From IMG/VR virus record IMGVR_UViG_3300029267_000784, positions 1 to 36,851 of that record: DNA of 36,851 nt, one strand, 5' to 3'. This document shows, piece by piece, positions 6,470-12,811 of this stretch. The DNA comes from a virus. The notes beneath the pieces were generated by a model. The model worked only from the letters and a program-made list of their open reading frames with translations, had not been told where the DNA came from and searched no databases. A program made the position numbers and the translations under genes. Numbering within the stretch: position 1 is the stretch's first letter; every line of letters starts with the position of its first letter.

Positions 6470-7300
6470 TTAATTTTCTGCGGTGTTGTTAAAAGCTTCT
6501 CCAGCTTCATCAACCGCTTGCTGTTCTTTTTTTTCTTCTTTATGATTGTCCGTGATTGCCTGCGGCATCTGTACGTTTGCTTTAGGATTATCAACTACCA
6601 CGCCGTTTATAATATCAGCGGGCACATCATAATCCTTGTCAATCGCTTCCTGAAATTCCGATGATACCGGCAACCATTTCGAATGCCTGCGGAATACGGT
6701 CTTTTTTGCCATTTCGTTCCAGTCCGTAACCCAGGGACCGGAATTGCCAGCCCTTGACCGTTTCCGTATTGCGTCTATTTCGTCAATGTTCATTACCTCA
6801 TAACTGCTTGACCCGTCTTTCAATCGCACATAGGAATACGCCGCAATAGGCTCGCCCTTTGATTTTAATGCGGGTTTATGTAAAAGCCTGCTATCCGTAC
6901 CGAATGAGTAAGTAAAATCGTCATTTTCAAACACCACGTCGGCATGAATGTCCGCAATCTCACCGCTCCGGCGGGCAAGCGCAACCAATCCCTTATAATC
7001 GATGATAAGAGTGCATTTATCACCGTAAGGGATTAAATGCGCATTCCTGCCGTCCGGCTCTATGCCAAGCTGTGAACAATCGAGCAGGCAACCCAGCAGG
7101 CTTTCCTTTGTGCATACTAACAATCTGGGATTCTTGTTCAGTGCTGTTAATGCTATGCGTGCAAACCTGTCCGGCTTTAAATGCTTCGGCAGTGCAAGCG
7201 CAAACTGCTTTTTCATCTGCTCGGATAGTATCAGACTTTTAATGTCTGAATTCCCTCCAACCTTCAGCCCCTTTTCCTTTGACACGTTTTTCGTGTTCAT
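6470..7300 (-). CDS. recT: RecT-family single-strand annealing recombinase
   Basis: LLDCSQLGIEPDGRNAHLIPYG...IDYKGLVALARRSGEI...VVFENDDF is the RecT core pattern. Confidence 0.85.
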   Translation of the reverse strand: MNTKNVSKEKGLKVGGNSDIKSLILSEQMKKQFALALPKHLKPDRFARIALTALNKNPRLLVCTKESLLGCLLDCSQLGIEPDGRNAHLIPYGDKCTLIIDYKGLVALARRSGEIADIHADVVFENDDFTYSFGTDSRLLHKPALKSKGEPIAAYSYVRLKDGSSSYEVMNIDEIDAIRKRSRAGNSGPWVTDWNEMAKKTVFRRHSKWLPVSSEFQEAIDKDYDVPADIINGVVVDNPKANVQMPQAITDNHKEEKKEQQAVDEAGEAFNNTAEN

Positions 7301-7312
7301 GCTACCCCCTCC

Positions 7313-7522
7313 CTAATCAATAAATTTTTCCTTCTTTTCTATAAGCCCTATATCCTGTAAATCCTTCCATGTTCTCCTGAATTCATCCGTCGCAAAATTC
7401 TTGTAACATTTATTTTCCCAGAAATTATCAAAGATTGTTTTGAACCATTTTCGTTTCGGCACTTTTTTGCTTTTTAAATCGTGTTGCCATTGAAAAATAA
7501 ACTTTGCGATTTCTTTATTCAT
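7313..7522 (-). CDS. 69-aa hypothetical protein
   Basis: ORF track; in the operon. Confidence 0.5.
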   Translation of the reverse strand: MNKEIAKFIFQWQHDLKSKKVPKRKWFKTIFDNFWENKCYKNFATDEFRRTWKDLQDIGLIEKKEKFID

Positions 7523-7532
7523 GCACTATGCC

Positions 7533-7658
7533 TCAAAAAGAAAAGATAACAACAGTCAAAACATAAAAAAGAACGAACATAAATAATAGAAATAACCCCA
7601 GCTTTACCGGATTCTCTTTCTCCTGCTTCCTATTGATACCCCAAATAGGATTTCCCAT
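7533..7658 (-). CDS. 41-aa membrane mini-protein (MGNPIWGINRKQEKENPVKLGLFLLFMFVLFYVLTVVIFSF)
   Basis: ORF track 7533..7742. I prefer the internal ATG at 7658, which follows the SD TAGGAGGCAC. Confidence 0.5.
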   Translation of the reverse strand: MGNPIWGINRKQEKENPVKLGLFLLFMFVLFYVLTVVIFSF

Positions 7659-7668
7659 TTTGTGCCTC

Positions 7669-7827
7669 CTATTCTTTCCAGGTTCTGATCTCCTCACCCG
7701 TACCGTTGCAATTATCACATACACTACCGTCAAGCTCACCATTGCCGTTGCATTCCGAGCAGATAAACGTTTCTTTCATGTACCTTATAGGATATGCTTG
7801 TTGGCTTTGTAATTCTGTGATTCGCAT
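7669..7827 (-). CDS. 52-aa mini-protein with two DnaJ-type CxxCxGxG zinc-finger motifs
   Basis: Hand-translated: MRITELQSQQAYPIRYMKETFICSECNGNGELDGSVCDNCNGTGEEIRTWKE. SD AAAGGAGGCAC lies upstream. Confidence 0.6.
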   Translation of the reverse strand: MRITELQSQQAYPIRYMKETFICSECNGNGELDGSVCDNCNGTGEEIRTWKE

Positions 7828-7838
7828 AGTGCCTCCTT

Positions 7839-8231
7839 TTAAAAGTAATATCGTAAGCTCAATAAAAGATCATGCCCGTATTCATTTATTTTCGTTTCGT
7901 ATAATTCAAAAGGAATCTCATTTATTGTTGTATTCGTGTTGATGTGGATATAACTAAAATCAACCGTAAAGCCCGGACTCCAGGGAATACGTATATTTGC
8001 GCCTACACTGGTTGATTCTTTTATGCCGGTCTGTTTTGCAATATCTCTATAAGGGAAATAATTTAAAAACATATACCGCCAGCCTGCATACTCATAGGTA
8101 AGGTCAAGGCTTCGTCTTCCTATTAATAGGGCAACCGAGATTCTCCTGTCCGGGTTGTCTTTGATTTCAAACGATCTCACCGTTGTAGTTAAGGCAATCA
8201 GCATCAGAATGATAGTTATTATCTTTTTCAT
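7839..8231 (-). CDS. 130-aa secreted protein with an outer-membrane beta-barrel-like signature
   Basis: Signal peptide MKKIITIILMLIALTTTVRS, alternating hydrophobic strands and a C-terminal ...LSLRYYF ending in Phe. Confidence 0.5.
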   Translation of the reverse strand: MKKIITIILMLIALTTTVRSFEIKDNPDRRISVALLIGRRSLDLTYEYAGWRYMFLNYFPYRDIAKQTGIKESTSVGANIRIPWSPGFTVDFSYIHINTNTTINEIPFELYETKINEYGHDLLLSLRYYF

Positions 8232-8294
8232 GATAGTGCTCCTTTTGTCTTTAACAACTCAACAGGCAAGTGCTTATAGATTTTTGTTCAGTGC

Positions 8295-8516
8295 TTATTC
8301 GGCGTTTTTTAGTTTTGCAATTTCGGATTTTAAATAACCATTTTCATTATCAAGATGCTTAATATCTTCTCGTAACTGCTTAATCATCAAGTTACGCTTG
8401 CGGATTTTTTCTTTGAGTTTGTCGTTCTCTGTTACCATATTTCTGAAATGGTTATGAGTATAACAAAAACCATTTTCCTGTGCTTCACCAATACATTCGC
8501 AGTATCTACATTTCAT
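8295..8516 (-). CDS. 73-aa protein: N-terminal Cys/His cluster plus coiled coil
   Basis: ORF track 8295..8537. I prefer the ATG at 8516 (MKCRYCECIGEAQENGFCYTHNH...), which follows the SD GAGGTG. Confidence 0.5.
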   Translation of the reverse strand: MKCRYCECIGEAQENGFCYTHNHFRNMVTENDKLKEKIRKRNLMIKQLREDIKHLDNENGYLKSEIAKLKNAE

Positions 8517-8574
8517 GATATTCACCTCGTTCCGCACTTGCCTATTCAGTTGTCAAAGAGCCGCACTTCCTATA

Positions 8575-8778
8575 TTAATAAGGCTGGTATATTTTCTGCC
8601 CTTCCTCGCCTTTGCGGTCAAACCATTGCTGTATTTCGTAAGCATCAAAAAAGAATTGTTTCCCGATTTTACGTGGGGCTGGCAGGTCTTGTGTTCTAAT
8701 CCAGCGGCCTATAGTATTGGTGTTAACGTGGAATATTTTTGAAAGGTCTTTGATAGTAAATACTTTAAAATCCGGCAT
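8575..8778 (-). CDS. Cro/excisionase-like HTH DNA-binding protein (AlpA/Xis HTH_17 type)
   Basis: FTIKDLSKIFHVNTNTIGRWIRTQDLPAPRKIGKQFFFDAYEIQQW. It is the first gene of the leftward operon, divergent from the repressor. Start chosen at the ATG at 8778 after GAGGTG. Confidence 0.6.
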   Translation of the reverse strand: MPDFKVFTIKDLSKIFHVNTNTIGRWIRTQDLPAPRKIGKQFFFDAYEIQQWFDRKGEEGQKIYQPY

Positions 8779-8801
8779 TATAAAACACCTCAAGATTTTA
8801 C

Positions 8802-8830
8802 TTGAAATTCGTCAATAAATATTGTATAGT
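8802..8830 (+). promoter_or_regulatory. Sigma70-like promoter TTGAAA-17 nt-TATAGT pointing right (lysogeny operon)
   Basis: The -35 is at 8802..8807 and the -10 at 8825..8830. This is the best consensus match in the immunity region. Consensus match only. Confidence 0.45.
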
Positions 8831-8881
8831 GCGGGGGTAAAACGAACCAGGTTAGGGTAGGTTTTTTTAAAACCCCCGCAC
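8829..8881. repeat. Perfect 10-bp inverted repeat GTGCGGGGGT / ACCCCCGCAC separated by 33 bp
   Basis: Arms at 8829..8838 and 8872..8881. The left arm overlaps the predicted -10. Confidence 0.8.
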
Positions 8882-9006
8882 ATTTAAATTTTGATTTTTT
8901 GAGTTTGTTAACCTGGCTCATTTTTTTTACCTCGCTCTTTGATATGTGGGTTAAAACTTCCGCGGCTTTTTCTTCATCTTCTATTTACTTCCTCTCAGTC
9001 TCCCCG

Positions 9007-9067
9007 GGGACCCTTTAAGTCCCTAAACCGATCTTCTGATCGGTCCCACGTGTGGAGATTGGGACCG
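9007..9067 (+). other. Three consecutive stem-loops just upstream of the SD of the Arg-rich ORF
   Basis: GGGAC-7 nt-GTCCC (9007..9023); CCGATC-TTCT-GATCGG (9028..9043); CGGTCCCA-11 nt-TGGGACCG (9041..9067). GGAGG follows at 9071..9075. Confidence 0.5.
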
Positions 9068-9083
9068 GAAGGAGGAAAGAAGC

Positions 9084-9200
9084 ATGAAGAGACGTAGACG
9101 TAGAAATTCAGGTAGTCGTGAAGTCTTCTGCCCTTTCATTAGGAAAAATGGTCGCACCATTTATCCGAAGAAAAGCAGAGTGTTTCACTTTTGGGTCTAA
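9084..9200 (+). CDS. 38-aa Arg-rich peptide (MKRRRRRNSGSREVFCPFIRKNGRTIYPKKSRVFHFWV)
   Basis: Hand-translated. A strong SD GGAAGGAGGAAAG lies 8 nt before the ATG. Confidence 0.5.
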   Translation: MKRRRRRNSGSREVFCPFIRKNGRTIYPKKSRVFHFWV

Positions 9201-9267
9201 CTTGACCTGATTGCCGCCCACTTTCAAAGAGCTTTGTGTAATACTATTTTCTACTTTGTTCTTCTTT

Positions 9268-9296
9268 AGTGTAACACTTTTTTAGATATTTGTCAA
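9268..9296 (-). promoter_or_regulatory. Sigma70-like promoter TTGACA-17 nt-TACACT pointing left (lytic direction)
   Basis: The -35 is the reverse complement of 9291..9296 and the -10 the reverse complement of 9268..9273. Consensus match only. Confidence 0.35.
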
Positions 9297-9341
9297 GTGG
9301 TATTTTTAGAATTATTGGATATAGTTTTTCCGACGAGGAAT

Positions 9342-9911
9342 ATGAAAAACATAAACGGACGGAAAATAATGCTTGCAAGGCGTGAACGTAATTTAACGCA
9401 AGATGAACTTGCCAAAAAAATAGATATATCCCGCTCAACAATCATTAACTGGGAAGCTGATAGATTCGATCCCGATGAGTTTAATTTAAAAATTCTTTCC
9501 GAAGTCTTAAACAAACCAATCTCCTATTTTTACGAAGGACAGCAACCTTCAAATCAAGAAAATGAATTACCCCCTGGCGCATATTCGCTTACTGACGGTA
9601 ATACGATTCGCTTGTATATTTTCTCTAAACTGCATGAAGGAGAACCTGTGGACGCCGAGAGAGAAGGTTACATCGACTTACCCCGTCATCTTGTTCCGGG
9701 AGCGGCTTTTGTATACCGCTGTGAGCAGAGCAATGTAGCATCAATCCCGAAAGGAGCGCATTGCATCATCAGAAAGGAGACTATTCCGTTAGACAACAAG
9801 ATCATGCTCATCAAAACACCTGCCGGTTACACAATCAAAAAAATCACATCTAAGTTACCAGCCGAGCAGAAAGTGTTCGGGGAAGTTTTAGGAATAGTCA
9901 GCGTATTTTAA
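9342..9911 (+). CDS. CI/LexA-like repressor: XRE-type HTH plus an S24 peptidase-like C-terminal domain
   Basis: NGRKIMLARRERNLTQDELAKKIDISRSTIINWE is an XRE HTH. The C-terminal ...EQSNVASIPKGAHCII...MLIKTPAGYTIKKI follows the LexA/CI fold pattern with a non-canonical Ser motif. ORF track 9297..9911; I prefer the ATG at 9342. Confidence 0.7.
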   Translation: MKNINGRKIMLARRERNLTQDELAKKIDISRSTIINWEADRFDPDEFNLKILSEVLNKPISYFYEGQQPSNQENELPPGAYSLTDGNTIRLYIFSKLHEGEPVDAEREGYIDLPRHLVPGAAFVYRCEQSNVASIPKGAHCIIRKETIPLDNKIMLIKTPAGYTIKKITSKLPAEQKVFGEVLGIVSVF

Positions 9912-10030
9912 TAATATCCTTTCAAAATTTTAATTTTTAATAAAGGAGTGTTTTGGGGTCAAGAGAGTACAATATATTATACTGCTATTCCAACCAAAAG
10001 TAGATAATATTAAACATTAGGGAGGATGTC

Positions 10031-10186
10031 ATGCCAGATTTAATAGGGTTTGGAGCAGTCGCTTCTATACTTATAGGAGCAATAATAGTTATCATTGGAA
10101 TTATGTTAATTATTGCACCGCTAAAACTATTCAGCATCGATAAAACATTGAAAGAAATGTTAAAGGAAATTAAAAAACAAAAGTAA
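10031..10186 (+). CDS. 51-aa membrane peptide (MPDLIGFGAVASILIGAIIVIIGIMLIIAPLKLFSIDKTLKEMLKEIKKQK)
   Basis: Hand-translated. SD GGGAGGATGTC lies upstream; the stop TAA shares a base with the integrase ATG. Confidence 0.6.
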   Translation: MPDLIGFGAVASILIGAIIVIIGIMLIIAPLKLFSIDKTLKEMLKEIKKQK

Positions 10187-11220
10187 TGTTTCACCACCGC
10201 CGCCGAGGAAAAAAAGGAATGTATCACGTGTACTGGAGAGAAGATAACCGCCAGCGCACTAAGGCTGTAAGTACGGATATACAAGTTGTAAGAGAATTTG
10301 AGCGTCGCCTTGCCTCCCGCCTGCACCGTAAACAATCAGGGCTTATCATTAAAGATGTATCTTTCCGTGAATTCTGTGATGAATACATCAATATTTATTC
10401 TTTTGCAAACAAACGCCCGTCCAGCGTCAACCGTGATCTCCGCACCATAACACTTTTTAAAAACCGATTCCCTTACATTAAAAAAGTAGAACAGTACGAT
10501 ATAAATATTGTTGAACAGTATAAAGCCCACCGCCTGAAAGAAGGCGTCAAGGAATCATCTATTAATAGAGAATTAAATACACTTACTAATATGCTTAAAT
10601 ATGCCGAAAGAAAAAAATATATTGAGCCGAGCATAGAAAAGGTTAAGCGATTCCAAATAACACAATCGGCTCGGGAAAGGGTGTTGACAGATGAAGAAAT
10701 CAAAAAGCTTATCAAAGAAACGTGGGACCCGTTCAAAACGGCGGTCATGCTCGGGCTTTATGCGGGGCTTCGTAGCGGCGAGGCGTGCAACCTTGAATGG
10801 ACAGACATTGACGCACAGAACCGGATTATTAGGATACGGGATAAAAAAGAATGGAAAGCAAAGAGCAGGCCTTCTGTGCGGAATATCCCTCTCCACCCAG
10901 TCCTTAGTCGATTCCTTAGCAAAAAGTCAAAAAAAGAGGGCTCTCCGTTCGTCTGTGCGTATGCTGACGGATCAAGGCTCACGGAAAAAGTCCTCTGCGC
11001 AATGAACCGCAAATTTAGGCTCAAGCTGGGAATCCCCGGCTATTGTCATCATATCCTGCGGCATACCTTTGTCAGCCGCATGGCCGGGGCCGGGGCTGAT
11101 CTGTATGCTATCTCAAAAATTATAGGGCACAGCAACACCAAAATAACGGAGTCAACCTATACGCACCTTAAAGATAAATACTACCATATTAACATCAACC
11201 GGCTGAAAATCCCCGCTTAA
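10186..11220 (+). CDS. int: Tyrosine integrase (phage integrase family)
   Basis: N-terminal SAM-like/core-binding region, then catalytic LRSGEACNL...HHILRHTFVSRMAGAG...IIGHSNTKITESTYTHL (R..HxxR..H..Y pattern). Confidence 0.9.
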   Translation: MFHHRRRGKKGMYHVYWREDNRQRTKAVSTDIQVVREFERRLASRLHRKQSGLIIKDVSFREFCDEYINIYSFANKRPSSVNRDLRTITLFKNRFPYIKKVEQYDINIVEQYKAHRLKEGVKESSINRELNTLTNMLKYAERKKYIEPSIEKVKRFQITQSARERVLTDEEIKKLIKETWDPFKTAVMLGLYAGLRSGEACNLEWTDIDAQNRIIRIRDKKEWKAKSRPSVRNIPLHPVLSRFLSKKSKKEGSPFVCAYADGSRLTEKVLCAMNRKFRLKLGIPGYCHHILRHTFVSRMAGAGADLYAISKIIGHSNTKITESTYTHLKDKYYHININRLKIPA

Positions 11221-11224
11221 AAAC

Positions 11225-11424
11225 TTGCAAACAAGTTGCAAACAAATATTGTAAATAATCGCATTAAAACGAAACTAATATAAACTATTAAAATATACGT
11301 TTTATCGTCAATAGATTAGTCTTAAATATGATTTTCGTCTATGGTAGGTGACATCGTCTATAATGCCCGATAGAGGAAGCAAACTTCGTCGGTATATCCT
11401 CTATTTGCAAACATAATGCAAACA
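11225..11424. promoter_or_regulatory. attP-like region: two pairs of TGCAAACA repeats at 11-bp phasing, flanking ~160 bp of AT-rich DNA
   Basis: TTGCAAACA at 11225 and 11236; TTGCAAACA at 11405 and ATGCAAACA at 11416. All have the same orientation and lie directly after int. Confidence 0.45.
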
Positions 11425-11510
11425 AACCTTGATTTTTATCATCCTATAAAGATATAGCCTATCCTCTAATAAGGATAAGCTATATTATATAATTAACAAA
11501 AATCTGTCAA

Positions 11511-11726
11511 TTATTTCTGCTCACCAGCAATACCAGCAATCTCTTTTAGCTTTGCAACAACCATATCATCAATCTTAGTATCAGTCTTCTGCGCAAGGGC
11601 TTCAGCCTGTTCCAAGATCAACGTAATCAAATTGACAATATTGTCTTTTGTCAATAGATTGACCAGCAGTATTGCAACTGCTTTCTCACCGATTGCCTTT
11701 TTCAGCCATTCAATTAATGCTTTCAT
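11511..11726 (-). CDS. 71-aa protein at the end of the lysis region (function unknown, possibly lysis-associated)
   Basis: ORF track 11511..11756. I prefer the ATG at 11726 (MKALIEWLKK...), which follows a G9-containing SD. It is only weakly hydrophobic, so a holin call is not supported. Confidence 0.4.
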   Translation of the reverse strand: MKALIEWLKKAIGEKAVAILLVNLLTKDNIVNLITLILEQAEALAQKTDTKIDDMVVAKLKEIAGIAGEQK

Positions 11727-11743
11727 ATTACCCCCCCCCTTTC

Positions 11744-12079
11744 TTATATATTCCATTTCTCTATTTTTTTTAAAGCGAATGACGGGATTGTATAATATCT
11801 ATCTTGCGAATCCCACCGGCAACCAATACGCATATACCAGCCCGTTTTCCCGAATGTTATAGTAAAATACAAGGGTATACTTAAATACCACGCCCACGCC
11901 TTACGCTGGCACGGGTCAACCCCACCATTCGTATATATATACGTTCCACTTCCTATTAATACCTTCGGCGGCTGAAACAGCTTGTAGCTTGTCCATGCAC
12001 GTGGTATATAACAGAATGGGAAAAACCAGTCATCATGCAGTTTTCCTTTTAAGTGGTTTGGTAATGCTGAATCCGGCAT
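11744..12079 (-). CDS. 111-aa hypothetical protein downstream of the endolysin
   Basis: ORF track; SD TTGAGGTATAT lies upstream. Confidence 0.55.
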   Translation of the reverse strand: MPDSALPNHLKGKLHDDWFFPFCYIPRAWTSYKLFQPPKVLIGSGTYIYTNGGVDPCQRKAWAWYLSIPLYFTITFGKTGWYMRIGCRWDSQDRYYTIPSFALKKIEKWNI

Positions 12080-12086
12080 ATATACC

Positions 12087-12656
12087 TCAAATCACGTATT
12101 GACACCATTCAAAATGCATGGGATCAGGAATTGTAAAATCACCGCCATAATAAAAACCCCATTTTTTGAATATTGATATTACATTATCCGGCAATCTATA
12201 TGATGATGAATAAGGATATTTTTTGGGATTGAAATCATGCGCAATCCCCCAAGAATGCGAGCTTAACGAACGGTCAATATCCCAGCATTTATGTCGAGCG
12301 CAATAACACCCGCCCCCCTTAATATCAAGATAATCCCACAATCCTGCCGCCAGCATATCAGCAAATGCACCAGCGAATTGATGAGCAATTTTCTTATTGC
12401 ACCATATCTTTTTATAATTTATTTCAAGCCCTATAATATTTTCATTCCGCCAGTTATCAGTTACCGTGATACGCCCGCCGCCTGCTTCGGTATATTTAAA
12501 CTCGCCGAATTCCTGTATTATTTCTGATACCGATAAAACTTTAAATTCTTTTTCGTTTACCATGTTTAATATCCCGTTTGCTTCGTCGTTTATTATTGCG
12601 AGCATATCCCGCATCTCTTCTGCCATGTGTTTTATTCTTTCGAGATTGCTTTTCAT
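12087..12656 (-). CDS. Endolysin, peptidase M15 (VanY / L-Ala-D-Glu peptidase-like)
   Basis: Zinc-ligand motifs SHSWGIAHD (HxxGxAxD) and DPMHFE (DxxHxE). Confidence 0.8.
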   Translation of the reverse strand: MKSNLERIKHMAEEMRDMLAIINDEANGILNMVNEKEFKVLSVSEIIQEFGEFKYTEAGGGRITVTDNWRNENIIGLEINYKKIWCNKKIAHQFAGAFADMLAAGLWDYLDIKGGGCYCARHKCWDIDRSLSSHSWGIAHDFNPKKYPYSSSYRLPDNVISIFKKWGFYYGGDFTIPDPMHFEWCQYVI

Positions 12657-12811
12657 GTTTTTTCTTTTGCCTGAACCCTTTCAGTTTTAGCCGTACAATG
12701 GGGACAGATATGCGACGCAATCTGTCCATGAAAGTATATAATCCCATAATCACCTTTTGTATTATCGAGATCGAACCAGTGTCCACAGTGATGACACATC
12801 ACCCATGACAT
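12653..12811 (-). CDS. 52-aa zinc-ribbon mini-protein (MSWVMCHHCGHW...HICPHCTAKTERVQAKEKT)
   Basis: Hand-translated. TAATG and ATGA overlaps link it to its neighbours. Confidence 0.5.
   Translation of the reverse strand: MSWVMCHHCGHWFDLDNTKGDYGIIYFHGQIASHICPHCTAKTERVQAKEKT

Noticed and set aside
3500-8793. Track N-terminal extensions of several genes (3500..4168, 5212..5913, 7533..7742, 8295..8537, 8575..8793; likewise 11511..11756, 14232..14792, 27619..27816, 30411..30620)
   Set aside because: In each case the extension overlaps the upstream gene in another frame and lacks an SD. An internal ATG is preceded by a clear SD and sits just after, or overlapping, the upstream stop.
8790-8921. 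43-aa minus-strand ORF (MSQVNKLKKSKFKCAGVLKKPTLTWFVLPPHYTIFIDEFQVKS) with a GAGGT SD in the immunity region
   Set aside because: It runs through the 10-bp inverted repeat and the predicted rightward promoter. Its sequence looks like translated regulatory DNA. I cannot exclude it, but the support is too weak to annotate.
9985-11024. Minus-strand ORFs 9985..10335, 10336..10530, 10473..10748, 10573..10896 and 10758..11024
   Set aside because: They are antisense to the 51-aa membrane ORF and to the integrase, whose catalytic motifs are unambiguous. No SD is present, and the ORFs overlap one another.
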